Positions 10,978-20,901 of a DNA stretch of 64,000 bases are shown here, piece by piece. Made by a program: the position numbers and the translations under genes. Location: the IMG/VR virus record IMGVR_UViG_3300020463_000009, positions 32,001-96,000 of that record. One strand, written 5' to 3'. Source of the DNA: a virus. Position 1 is the stretch's first letter; every line of letters starts with the position of its first letter. The notes beneath the pieces are model-generated. The model was given only the letters and a program-made list of their open reading frames with translations. It had not been told where the DNA came from and made no database searches.

Positions 10978-13900
10978 ATGGCAAAAGTAAATTTAGGACG
11001 TATAAAATTCAGTTTCCAAGGCGATTGGAATAAAAATACAAACTACTCTAAAGATGATGTAGTTTGGTTTGCAAACTCATTGTGGATTTGTAAAAATCCT
11101 TATCTCTCAACTGGTTATGAAGAGTGTGCTCCTGGTGATAAACAATCAGGTTATAAATGGACTAGAACATTATCTAATGACCCCGATTTTAGAAGTGGTT
11201 ATCATACCGTTAGAGATTACGACCAAAGAAATGACGCTACAGGTAGAAGAATTGTAAACACATCAAGATATGGTAATGATGAAAATACACAAAACTCTAC
11301 AAGAACGCCTTTCGAACAATCTAATTATAGTAATGTTTCAAATGGTATGTTCTTGGATTATCAATATCATTTACTACACGAAAAAGAAGATTACGCTCAA
11401 GGTGATAGAAGTAATTTCTATGGCTATGGCGAATTAAATACAGAAAAAAATGCTTTCTATCAATCTTACACACCAGTTCATAATAACTTTTATGTAGAAG
11501 CGGTAACTTCTCCTTCAAATCAATTTAAATTTGATAATAGATTACCAAGTGTAGATTTAGGCCAAGAACAAGATGGCGACAGAAACTTTACTCACTTTAG
11601 AGAAGGTGAAAAATATAGATTTCATCAAAGAGACGAATCAAATAAAACTTTTCCATTAGCGTTTTCAACAACCGTTGATGGTACTCACGGTTCAGGTACT
11701 TCACTTTCAGCTGACAATGATGGTCCTTACTATGTTGTAGGTACTAATTCAAATGGTCAATCAGGTGTATTCTATCCATTGTATCTATCAAGTACAGGTG
11801 CAAATGCTGAAGACACTAGAATGGGTGGAGCAGGTGCTTCAACTAGTTTTACATTTTCAGAAATAATAAGAGGTCCAAATAACGAAACGGTATCTAACGA
11901 TAGTACAACTTTCCATTTACCAAATATGATAGATGGTACTGCTGTTGACGAAAGAATTTTTGAAGTTGCAGTAGTTTCAGGTAACCCTAGTGACCACCCT
12001 TATTACAATACAGGTTCTACAAACAAATATTCAATAGACGGTGTAACCGCTACGGCTAATGTTGCATTAAATTTAACAGAGGGTAAAACTTATAGATTCG
12101 ACCAATCAGATAGTTCAAATGCAAATCACCCTTTAAAATTATCAACAACTGCTAATGGTTCACACGCTTCAGGTTCAGCATACACAACTGGCGTAACCGT
12201 TGTTGGTACACCAGGTAAAAAAGGTGCATATACAGAAATTAAAGTAAGAGCAAGTACACCAAAACTTTATTACTATTGTACATCACATTCAGGTATGGGT
12301 TGGTCAGCAGAGACAAATGCTCCACAAACAAGAGCAAGGTCTTATGTTCCAACAAACATTCCAATGTGGAGAGGTGCAGGTAAAAATGGTTACGTAAGAT
12401 ACTTCTTAAATAACAGACAGGTTACAGAAGCACAATACATCAATTCATTAAATGATACTTTTGCAAATAGTGGTGGTAATTATACTGGTGATATGCCGTC
12501 ATACACTACTGAAGATGGTTCTACAAGAGGTGGTAGTGAATTTTCTTTTGAAAAAAACCAAGATAGAGTTGTAGAAATTTATATACCTATCGGTTACAGA
12601 AATTCATATACAAAAATTTATCCTTATTGTTCAGCAACAGGTAAAACTGCTATGTATGGTAATAACGCAAGCATAGGTTTTGATATAGAACAATCTTGGA
12701 GAGGACATAAACATTGGGACAGACTACAAACAGGTATTAAATTTAGAGGTGAATATAATCCTTATACTCATTATTCTTATAATGATGTTGTAATTTATAG
12801 ACCACAAAAAAGAAGAAGTGATGGTGAAATAATTTACAAAGGTCCTACAGGTATGTACAGAGCTTTAAGAGATACGCAAGGTAGATATCCTCATTTTGGT
12901 CCTCAAGAAAGAACAAGGTCTCCTTTGATGGCAAAATCTACAACAACAAGTGGTAGATTAATTAAAGAAGATTACGAAGATTATCCAGCACATATTCAAT
13001 CATACTTTAATGATTGGCAATCTTTTGGTAGAATGGTTAACCAAGAAGAAAATGCTGCCGCTTTCTTTGGTCCAGAACCAATGCATTGGCCATACAAATA
13101 TCACAATAACGTTTCTATAAGTGTTGATAATGCTAATAGATACATTGATAAAAACGGTGTTCTATGGGGTATGGGATATCCTAGAACAGGATTCCAAGAT
13201 TCACAATCTCATTACTCATCATACTTTGGTGAAATGAATATGAGATTTTGGGAATACAGACGTTCAGAGGATATGAACGCAGGTGGTTACCAAGAAATGA
13301 GAGGTCATCACACAAATCCTAGAAGACAAGAATTTACAACACCAAGAGTTATACAATTACACGAAGAAAGAGATAGTTGTATGCTTCTTATGGAAAATGG
13401 AGAATTATACAGAAACGGTGAACAATCAAATGGTGAAATGGGACACGGTAATACTCAATCAGACAGAAATGGTTTTTACAGAGTTCACGGTTTAGAAGAT
13501 ACAAGAGTTATTAAATCTTGTTGTTATCCTTGGAACAACACTAAACAAGTTATGTGTTTAGATGAATTAGGTCACGTTTGGGTTTGGGGTTATAATGACC
13601 AAGGTCAAGTAGGTGATGGTAGAACACAAAACAAAACAGCACCTTACAGAATACCAGCAAAATATTTTGATAACGAAAAAATTATTGATATCGGTTCAAC
13701 AGGTAATAGTTCGTATGCTAGAACAGCAAGCGACCAAATATATGCTTGGGGTAATAACGGTATCGGACAATTAGGTGATGGTACTACAACTGACAAATAC
13801 AGACCTGTAAAAATGACAGGTTGGGATCCAGTTGCTAACAATGGTATCGCTGTGTTTATGTGTGAAGGACAAGGTGATGATACTTGGGTTGTTATATTAG

Positions 13901-14559
13901 ATGGTAATGGTTACACACACTGGTGTGGTGAAAACAACTACGGTAACTTTGGTAATGGTACTACAACAAACACAACTACTTTTACTAAAAACGAAACAAC
14001 ACCTAACGGAGATATTGTTGACATTTGGATTCATTATTACAATGGTTACAAATCAGGTTACTTTAGAACAAAAGATGGTACAACTTACGGATATGGCCAC
14101 GCAGGTACATATTACGCATTAGGAACAGGTAATACAGGTAACGTTACCACTCCAGCAGTTGTACAAAAGGTTACAAATTTAAAAGAAGTTAAAACTTCTT
14201 GCAACTATTCAGACCAAGCTAGAACATTCTGGATAACAGATAGTGGTGAATCATTCTGTTATGGTTATGACTCAAGAAATTCTATGTTGCACCCACAGGC
14301 AGGTACAAACTGGACTGGTGAAGATGGTAACTATCATCCTTTCCACTGGTATATGCCTAACTCAAAACCGGTTACAATGAGAATTACAACAGATGACCAA
14401 GGCTCTGCTGAATATGCAGGTACTTATCACTTTATTGATGAGTTCGGAAAAGTATATTATTGGGGTCGTTCAAACTGGTTGTCTTCAACACATAACTGGT
14501 GGGGACATAGTTGGACATCACCTAATGGCCAACCAACATCAACAGGTCAAGGAAGATAA
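10978..14559 (+). CDS. RCC1/BLIP-II repeat virion protein 2 with cupredoxin-like inserts
   Basis: GHVWVWGYNDQGQVGDG and IYAWGNNGIGQLGDG repeats; NHPL...YYYCTSHSGMG module. Confidence 0.75.
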   Translation: MAKVNLGRIKFSFQGDWNKNTNYSKDDVVWFANSLWICKNPYLSTGYEECAPGDKQSGYKWTRTLSNDPDFRSGYHTVRDYDQRNDATGRRIVNTSRYGNDENTQNSTRTPFEQSNYSNVSNGMFLDYQYHLLHEKEDYAQGDRSNFYGYGELNTEKNAFYQSYTPVHNNFYVEAVTSPSNQFKFDNRLPSVDLGQEQDGDRNFTHFREGEKYRFHQRDESNKTFPLAFSTTVDGTHGSGTSLSADNDGPYYVVGTNSNGQSGVFYPLYLSSTGANAEDTRMGGAGASTSFTFSEIIRGPNNETVSNDSTTFHLPNMIDGTAVDERIFEVAVVSGNPSDHPYYNTGSTNKYSIDGVTATANVALNLTEGKTYRFDQSDSSNANHPLKLSTTANGSHASGSAYTTGVTVVGTPGKKGAYTEIKVRASTPKLYYYCTSHSGMGWSAETNAPQTRARSYVPTNIPMWRGAGKNGYVRYFLNNRQVTEAQYINSLNDTFANSGGNYTGDMPSYTTEDGSTRGGSEFSFEKNQDRVVEIYIPIGYRNSYTKIYPYCSATGKTAMYGNNASIGFDIEQSWRGHKHWDRLQTGIKFRGEYNPYTHYSYNDVVIYRPQKRRSDGEIIYKGPTGMYRALRDTQGRYPHFGPQERTRSPLMAKSTTTSGRLIKEDYEDYPAHIQSYFNDWQSFGRMVNQEENAAAFFGPEPMHWPYKYHNNVSISVDNANRYIDKNGVLWGMGYPRTGFQDSQSHYSSYFGEMNMRFWEYRRSEDMNAGGYQEMRGHHTNPRRQEFTTPRVIQLHEERDSCMLLMENGELYRNGEQSNGEMGHGNTQSDRNGFYRVHGLEDTRVIKSCCYPWNNTKQVMCLDELGHVWVWGYNDQGQVGDGRTQNKTAPYRIPAKYFDNEKIIDIGSTGNSSYARTASDQIYAWGNNGIGQLGDGTTTDKYRPVKMTGWDPVANNGIAVFMCEGQGDDTWVVILDGNGYTHWCGENNYGNFGNGTTTNTTTFTKNETTPNGDIVDIWIHYYNGYKSGYFRTKDGTTYGYGHAGTYYALGTGNTGNVTTPAVVQKVTNLKEVKTSCNYSDQARTFWITDSGESFCYGYDSRNSMLHPQAGTNWTGEDGNYHPFHWYMPNSKPVTMRITTDDQGSAEYAGTYHFIDEFGKVYYWGRSNWLSSTHNWWGHSWTSPNGQPTSTGQGR

Positions 14560-14568
14560 AAAAATTAT

Positions 14569-14576
14569 TATAAATA
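14569..14576 (+). promoter_or_regulatory. T4-type late promoter
   Basis: TATAAATA plus AAGGAG RBS upstream of 14604. Confidence 0.8.
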
Positions 14577-14603
14577 GTAATAATACTAAAGGAGAAAACT
14601 AAA

Positions 14604-15020
14604 ATGGCACAGAAAATTTATGGTGTAAATGATATTGCTCAAGAAGACGATTTTGTCGCTCCTGTGGTAACTGAAGATAAGACGCCAGATTACATTGATA
14701 ACATTGACGGAAAAGCTTACTTTTCTTATGATGACTCAAAGGTAACGGTTGACGCTTCAGGTACAAATGCTTCAAAATACGGTGTTGCTGTATTAGACGC
14801 TTCAGACGCAGACGACTTGGTAATATTAAATAAACTTAAAACTACAAACAAAATACAGGTTGCAGTTGCAGAAATTCAATCTACTTTTGATGTAGCAAAT
14901 CCTAGGCATTTACAACTTGAAGGTCTTGTAGCTAATGAATCAGGTTTAGCAACTAAAATTGCAACTTTAAAATCTGACATTAACGCAATATATTCAGGTT
15001 ACGGTCTGCCAACAGATTAA
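14604..15020 (+). CDS. Hypothetical late protein (possible fibre chaperone or adaptor)
   Basis: Own late promoter and strong RBS; lies between RCC1 genes. Confidence 0.5.
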   Translation: MAQKIYGVNDIAQEDDFVAPVVTEDKTPDYIDNIDGKAYFSYDDSKVTVDASGTNASKYGVAVLDASDADDLVILNKLKTTNKIQVAVAEIQSTFDVANPRHLQLEGLVANESGLATKIATLKSDINAIYSGYGLPTD

Positions 15021-15044
15021 TAGGAATTAATAAGGAAAAATAAT

Positions 15045-17282
15045 ATGTCTTTTGATTTAAAAGATTTTAAACTAAAGTGGCAAGGACCTTGGAAAGATAG
15101 GACTGCTTATTCTAAAAACGATATCGTTTCTTGGAAAGGTAAGTCTTATAGATGTATTCAAGATTGTCCTATTGCATATTCAATATCAATAGATGGTTTA
15201 GTTAACACTAACAACTATTCTTTTGACCCACCAAGGTTGGTTCAAAAATCTTTTAGACCAGACAATGCAAAATATTGGCAACTATTTTTACGTTCAACAG
15301 ATGATATTGGCGAATGGGAAATGTGGAGACAATACGAGCCAGGTGAAATGACTACGGTTGGTAGAAGAATTTACCAATGTATAAAAAGAACAAGAAAATA
15401 TAATACTTGGGTTGTAGAACACGACGGAAGAGATTCAGAATATTGGGTGATGATTTATGAATCACCTTTTGCATATCCAGATAGAAACAAAGTTGTATCA
15501 TACACTAACAGAGCTCCTTTAGGGTGGAAATACAATATGGGTAGAAACTCATACGAGAGACAAGCCAACTATACAATGGGTGTAATTGAAGCAAATGGTG
15601 ATTTCGTAGGTCACGGTGGTAATAACACAACTGGTCAAATGGGATTTGGTGATGGTCAAGACGGAAATTCAAGAATGGGTAGAAGTCGTTATACTGGATT
15701 TACTATGGTTGACTGGATGACTTCTACTGACAATAAAAATTTAACACAAACTGAACATACAGGTAGAATGGTAACACCTGATGGTAAGGCACCAAAAGTA
15801 ATTCAACACGTATCAAGCACAAACTCTAGTTTCTGGTTAATGAATAACGGAGAAGTTTATTCTGCTGGTGATAACTCAACATACGATTTAGGTCATCACA
15901 TAGCGGTAACAAATACTTCAGATAGACCTTATGCAAATAGAGTATCAGCAGATGATACGGTAGATTGGTTAGGTGAAACTATACGTTCATTTAACAATAC
16001 AAAAATTGTAAAAATAGGTTCTTCAGGTCAAGGTCAAAACTCTGAAGGTAATCAACAATTTGCATTAGGCGAAGACGGTTCAGTATGGACTTGGGGTAGA
16101 AACAACCAAGCACAATTTGGTGGTGGTAACCCAGGAATAAACAACTCAACTGACTTTAATGGTGGTTCGCCTTACTCATTTTCATTTTACTCAACAAACG
16201 TAAAAAGACCAATTAAAATTCCTCAAGAATTTTTTAACAACAAAAGAATCGTTGATATGTGGGCAGAGGGCTGTACTGAGCCATCATTTCACGCATTAGA
16301 CGAAGATGGTTGGTTATGGTTCTGGGGTCAATCAGTTCACGGTGGTGCTGGTGTAGGTTCTAACTCACACACTTCCGAAGGAACATATTACTATTATATT
16401 CCTAGAAGAGTTGAAGTAGATTGGAACAAATACGGTGGTATGAAAATGCTACAACATTGGGGATATTCAACTCAATCACACGTAGGTACTTGGGTACTTG
16501 ATGGCGAAGGCTACTTATGGTACACAGGTTACTATACAAGTGGACAGGCACCAGGTTTCTATGGTATAGGTGATAACTCAACTAGATATCAGTCTATGTT
16601 TAAAAGAGGAGACTTTCATTTAAACGGAGATATTGATGAATTCTGGTTAGGTGGTGATGAACATAAATGGATGTACATAAGACAAAAATCAACAGGTATG
16701 TTATGGATTTCTGATGGTAACTATGGTACTTATGGTACAAGAGGTTCACGTTCACAAAACGGATATTGGTATAATTCAGGTGGTATTCACGGAATGTTCT
16801 CACACGTAAGAGGACCAGCATATACTAAATGGGTTACAGGTCAAAACGAAGGAAGAGGTGATGGTTCATACATTTATGACTCACCAATTATATTAGATGA
16901 AGACGGTAGTTTCTGGTACGGTAATTCTTATAACTATTCATTTACGGCTTCAGGTTATAATGATTCACCTAGTGATGGCTCTGATGGATATTGGCATATG
17001 CCTTCTCAAGGTTTTGAAGATAACTCTACAAACAGACATAGAAAAAGAAGAGGTGTACAACCAATGAATAGTAGATTAACAGATTTACACTGCTATGGTT
17101 ACCCTACAGCTCAAAACTATGCATACAGAAATTGGGACGGTAAAATATTCCTATCAGGTTATTCACCAAATAACCAAACTTACCTATATGACGGTATGCC
17201 TTATAGATATCAGTCAGCAACTGGTTCATCTTGGGGTAGTAATAACTATCGTTCTCATATGAAATCTCCTCCAGGAGATTAA
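15045..17282 (+). CDS. RCC1/BLIP-II repeat virion protein 3
   Basis: GSVWTWGRNNQAQFG and DGWLWFWG repeats; shares the DW..STDN....TPDG..PK.IQ motif with 7792..10959. Confidence 0.7.
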   Translation: MSFDLKDFKLKWQGPWKDRTAYSKNDIVSWKGKSYRCIQDCPIAYSISIDGLVNTNNYSFDPPRLVQKSFRPDNAKYWQLFLRSTDDIGEWEMWRQYEPGEMTTVGRRIYQCIKRTRKYNTWVVEHDGRDSEYWVMIYESPFAYPDRNKVVSYTNRAPLGWKYNMGRNSYERQANYTMGVIEANGDFVGHGGNNTTGQMGFGDGQDGNSRMGRSRYTGFTMVDWMTSTDNKNLTQTEHTGRMVTPDGKAPKVIQHVSSTNSSFWLMNNGEVYSAGDNSTYDLGHHIAVTNTSDRPYANRVSADDTVDWLGETIRSFNNTKIVKIGSSGQGQNSEGNQQFALGEDGSVWTWGRNNQAQFGGGNPGINNSTDFNGGSPYSFSFYSTNVKRPIKIPQEFFNNKRIVDMWAEGCTEPSFHALDEDGWLWFWGQSVHGGAGVGSNSHTSEGTYYYYIPRRVEVDWNKYGGMKMLQHWGYSTQSHVGTWVLDGEGYLWYTGYYTSGQAPGFYGIGDNSTRYQSMFKRGDFHLNGDIDEFWLGGDEHKWMYIRQKSTGMLWISDGNYGTYGTRGSRSQNGYWYNSGGIHGMFSHVRGPAYTKWVTGQNEGRGDGSYIYDSPIILDEDGSFWYGNSYNYSFTASGYNDSPSDGSDGYWHMPSQGFEDNSTNRHRKRRGVQPMNSRLTDLHCYGYPTAQNYAYRNWDGKIFLSGYSPNNQTYLYDGMPYRYQSATGSSWGSNNYRSHMKSPPGD

Positions 17283-17324
17283 TAAATACTTTATAGTATA
17301 TTATTATTAACAAAGTGAGTTGAA

Positions 17325-17981
17325 ATGTATAAAACAAGTTTAAATCTAAAAAATTTTAAGAATCATAAAGTCTTTTCTGACTTTTCAGATACTTCAATCT
17401 ATCCCATAGAACAACAAGCACAATATTGGTGGAACGTTTGGACTTATATTGATAGACTTGAAGGTATGATGACAGAGATTGAATTTGAACATTTAAATCA
17501 AGGTCCTAAATTATTTAAAATGTGGAAAGATAAATGGCCTTTTGATTTAACACCTGAAATAGGTGGTGCTCCAGCTCACGCAACTTTACCAACACAATTA
17601 GATGGTTTTTCATATGTTGGTGAACAATTTAATTTTTATGGTATTAGACAACATAGAGTAGATATACCAAAAGATTGGTTTGATTTACAAGTTGTTTATA
17701 TTACAATGCTATCTATGTATTCACAATTGTTAAATGTTGATGAAGATATAAAAGCATTTACATTACCATTATTTAAATACAATCCTAAAAAATTTAAAAG
17801 AGTACAAATAAAAGTTGTTAGTGCAATTGTTAATGTATCTGATTTTGTTATTGCAACACCAGATGTATTTAAAGAAACTAAAGAAATGGGCGAATGGCGA
17901 TTAAAAGAAGCTGATAAACAAATTGGTGCTTGGAAAGAAGGATATCAAATAAACGAAGATGGTACAAGAGAAGAAATATAG
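17325..17981 (+). CDS. Hypothetical protein, possible degenerate heme-oxygenase-fold paralogue
   Basis: By eye, KNFKNHKVFSDF..I.....AQYWWN......LE aligns with KNAERQAFVSQL..I.....ATYLYN......LE of the downstream heme oxygenase; no proximal His. Confidence 0.4.
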   Translation: MYKTSLNLKNFKNHKVFSDFSDTSIYPIEQQAQYWWNVWTYIDRLEGMMTEIEFEHLNQGPKLFKMWKDKWPFDLTPEIGGAPAHATLPTQLDGFSYVGEQFNFYGIRQHRVDIPKDWFDLQVVYITMLSMYSQLLNVDEDIKAFTLPLFKYNPKKFKRVQIKVVSAIVNVSDFVIATPDVFKETKEMGEWRLKEADKQIGAWKEGYQINEDGTREEI

Positions 17982-18561
17982 AATTACCGAGTTAACTTGG
18001 GAATATCATAAAAATGCAGAGCGTCAAGCTTTTGTAAGTCAATTATTATCAGGTAATATTGATGAAAAACTATATGCAACTTATTTGTATAATCAATTAA
18101 AATGTTATTCTAAACTAGAACAATATTGTTTAGAAAGCTCTTTGTTTATAGATACAAGAAATTTACCAAGAGCTGAACATATATTTTATGATTATAAATC
18201 TTTATGGGTAGATATTGGTAGTCCACCAATAGAAACTGAAAGTACAAAAGCATATGTTGAACATTTAGATACAATAAGAGGTGAAAATGAAAAATTATAT
18301 GCTCACGTATATGTTAGGCATTTAGGCGATTTATCAGGTGGTCAAATGATTAAAAGAAAAACACCTGGACCTAATAGATATTATATTTTTAAACACAATG
18401 AAGCTAAAGAATATAAAAGAATTGTAAAAGAAAGAATTGAAAGTTATTTAAATGTATATGAAATAAACGTGTTGCCTGAAGCAATATTTTGTTTTGAAAG
18501 TGCAACAAAACTATTTAAGGAAATGTATGATTTGGGAAAGACTAATCAAGTGGCAGAATGA
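17959..18561 (+). CDS. hemO: Heme oxygenase (biliverdin-forming)
   Basis: T.E.H..AE proximal-His motif and YVRHLGDLSGGQMI distal helix. Confidence 0.93.
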   Translation: MVQEKKYRITELTWEYHKNAERQAFVSQLLSGNIDEKLYATYLYNQLKCYSKLEQYCLESSLFIDTRNLPRAEHIFYDYKSLWVDIGSPPIETESTKAYVEHLDTIRGENEKLYAHVYVRHLGDLSGGQMIKRKTPGPNRYYIFKHNEAKEYKRIVKERIESYLNVYEINVLPEAIFCFESATKLFKEMYDLGKTNQVAE

Positions 18562-19234
18562 GACTATTGAAGTCTTAAATAAAAATCTGGTTGAATATAA
18601 CGAACCAGGTATGGAAAGATTCAATGATGAGAAGTTAGGTTGGGTTAATAGAACCTGGAATAACAGATACATTAGACGAGCTCATTTAGATGTTGTTGAT
18701 GTAAGAGAAACTAAAGGATTATGGATGGCTCATCTATGTCTTTTTCCTATGTTAACAAACGGTGGACCAATTTATGGTTTTGATATTATTGCAGGTCAAA
18801 AAAAGGTAACAGGTGCCTTTCACGATTTTAGTCCATTATTACAAAAAGACCACCCATTAACAAAGTGGTTTATAGAAGAAAATAAATGGTACAAACCTAG
18901 CAAAGAGAGAGAGTTGCCAGATTGGGCGAAGGCTATCTTTAGTGGGGGAATGATAGCCGCTGGCAATGTACGAGAAGAAGACGAATTAAATAAAATTTGT
19001 AATATGGCTGTTTCTAATTTAAATAATTATATAGATAAAATTAGAAATCACGAAGGCGAAGCACAAATGTTAGACGTAATTAAAGCACAAAATTACTATT
19101 CTGAACACCAACAAAAAAATCCTCATACACCTAGAGTTATGCAATCTCTTGGTTTACCAGACGAAGACATCAAATTATTCTGTTCCGACAACTTATTTCC
19201 GATAGTATCAGAAAATCAACCCTATCTGAAATAA
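18527..19234 (+). CDS. pcyX: Ferredoxin-dependent bilin reductase of the PcyX type
   Basis: FDBR motifs RAHLD, MAHLC, PIYGFD, DFSP, LP.W..IFS, KNPHT. From the ATG at 18527 (AAGGA RBS) the residues are D55, M67, H69, C71, D86, N198, H200, matching phage PcyX as I recall it; Asp replaces the PcyA Glu76. Confidence 0.85.
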   Translation: MIWERLIKWQNETIEVLNKNLVEYNEPGMERFNDEKLGWVNRTWNNRYIRRAHLDVVDVRETKGLWMAHLCLFPMLTNGGPIYGFDIIAGQKKVTGAFHDFSPLLQKDHPLTKWFIEENKWYKPSKERELPDWAKAIFSGGMIAAGNVREEDELNKICNMAVSNLNNYIDKIRNHEGEAQMLDVIKAQNYYSEHQQKNPHTPRVMQSLGLPDEDIKLFCSDNLFPIVSENQPYLK

Positions 19235-19238
19235 TTAT

Positions 19239-19246
19239 TATAAATA
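19239..19246 (+). promoter_or_regulatory. T4-type late promoter
   Basis: TATAAATA upstream of gp13. Confidence 0.8.
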
Positions 19247-19267
19247 TACCAGAAAAGGGTATAACAA

Positions 19268-20074
19268 ATGGCAGAACCAGCAAGTAGAGAGAATTTAAAA
19301 CAATATGCTTTAAGAGCATTAGGTAAACCTGTAATTGAAATCAATGTTGATGATGACCAACTTGAAGATAGAATTGATGAGGCATTACAATATTTTGCTC
19401 AATACCATTATGATGGTGTAAAAAGAACATATTTAAAATATCAATATACATCAGCAGATAAGACTAGAATGACCGGTGATTCTACTGAATCAGCGACTCA
19501 AGGTTCTGTTACCACAAGCTGGAAAGAGGGTAATAATTTTTTAATAATACCAAATTCAATTGTTTCAATAATCAATATATTTCCATTCTCAAACAAAGGT
19601 AATCTAAATTTATTTGATGTTAGATATCAATTAAGATTAAATGACTTATATGATTTTTCATCTACTTCAATAATAAACTATGATGTAGTTTTAAGACATT
19701 TAGATTTTTTAGACCACGTTTTAGTTGGTGAAAAACCAATGAGATTTAATCAACACGAAAACAAATTATATGTTGATATGGATTGGAAAAATGATTTACA
19801 AGTTGGTGAATATCTGGTAATTGAAGCATATAGAAAATTAGACCCAGCAAACAATACAGACGTTTTTAATGATATATTTTTGAAAAGATATGTAACCGCT
19901 TTATTTAAAAAACAATGGGGCGCTAACTTATCTAAATTTGGTGGTGTTCAAATGATAGGTGGAGTAACCTTGAACGGACAACAAATATTTTCAGAAGCAA
20001 TGCAAGATGTTGATAAATTAGAAACAGAGATTAGAAGCACATATGAATTAAATCCAGCTATAATGATAGGGTAG
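19268..20074 (+). CDS. gp13: Neck protein gp13
   Basis: LRALGKPVIEINVDDDQLEDRIDEALQYF...YHYDG; KQWGANLSKF.GV...GGVTLNG. Confidence 0.95.
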   Translation: MAEPASRENLKQYALRALGKPVIEINVDDDQLEDRIDEALQYFAQYHYDGVKRTYLKYQYTSADKTRMTGDSTESATQGSVTTSWKEGNNFLIIPNSIVSIINIFPFSNKGNLNLFDVRYQLRLNDLYDFSSTSIINYDVVLRHLDFLDHVLVGEKPMRFNQHENKLYVDMDWKNDLQVGEYLVIEAYRKLDPANNTDVFNDIFLKRYVTALFKKQWGANLSKFGGVQMIGGVTLNGQQIFSEAMQDVDKLETEIRSTYELNPAIMIG

Positions 20075-20079
20075 TAATT

Positions 20080-20901
20080 ATGGCAATTAACCATTACTTT
20101 CAAGGTGGCAGAGGCATTGGTAATAATGCTGAAAAAAGATTACACGAAGACCTTATTATAGAGGGATTAAAAATATACGGTCAAGACGTATATTATCTTC
20201 CAAGAACACTAGTAAACAGAGACCTTGTAATGGGTGAGGATACGTCAAGTCGTTTTGACGATTCTTATATGATTGAAATGTATTTTGAAACGCAAGAAGG
20301 CTTTGCTGGTGAACAAGAATTAATTAACAAATTTGGTTTAGAAATAAGAGAAGATACAACACTTGTTGTTTCTAAAAGAAGATTTGAGGAACACGTTGCA
20401 AGTAAAGCTAATTTAATTGCAACTGGAAGACCTAATGAGGGTGATGTAATTTATTTACCTTTAATGAATTCATTTTTTGAAATACAATTTGTTGAAGACC
20501 AAGAGCCATTCTTTCAATTAGGTAACTTGCCTGTTTACAAATTAAGGGTAACTAGATTTGAATATGCAAATGAAGAGATTAATACTGGTAATGAAATACT
20601 TGACCAAGCTGAAGATAAGTATTCATTAAACGAATTAAACCACAAAATGTCATTAGAGAGTGGCCAAGTTGCATTAACAGGTGATGGTTCAATTGAATTA
20701 GAAGATACTTTTGATTATTCAACAGGTCAAAAAGCATTATTAATGTTAGAGACATTTACTGGTTCTAAAACAATACAAGTACAATCTCCTTATGCAAGTA
20801 ACCTAGATATGAATACAGCGGCTGGTTATGATACGGTTGGTACAGCTGATGATATATTAGACTTTACAGAAAGAAACCCTTTCGGAGAGGTAGATGAATA
20901 A
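20080..20901 (+). CDS. gp14: Neck protein gp14
   Basis: YGQDVYYLPR, KFGLEIRE, RPNEGD.IY.P, PFFQLG; follows gp13. Confidence 0.95.
   Translation: MAINHYFQGGRGIGNNAEKRLHEDLIIEGLKIYGQDVYYLPRTLVNRDLVMGEDTSSRFDDSYMIEMYFETQEGFAGEQELINKFGLEIREDTTLVVSKRRFEEHVASKANLIATGRPNEGDVIYLPLMNSFFEIQFVEDQEPFFQLGNLPVYKLRVTRFEYANEEINTGNEILDQAEDKYSLNELNHKMSLESGQVALTGDGSIELEDTFDYSTGQKALLMLETFTGSKTIQVQSPYASNLDMNTAAGYDTVGTADDILDFTERNPFGEVDE

Noticed and set aside
4070-17282. Diversity-generating retroelement or DNA-level tandem repeats in the fibre genes
   Set aside because: Repeats are visible only at protein level; no reverse transcriptase or near-identical template/variable repeat pair seen.
18494-19234. Cyanophage pcyA or pebS, and a cyanobacterial host
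   Set aside because: Asp at the PcyA Glu76 position fits PcyX; no photosystem or hli genes in the window; the ferredoxin is not plant-type. The TTG start at 18494 was replaced by the ATG at 18527.
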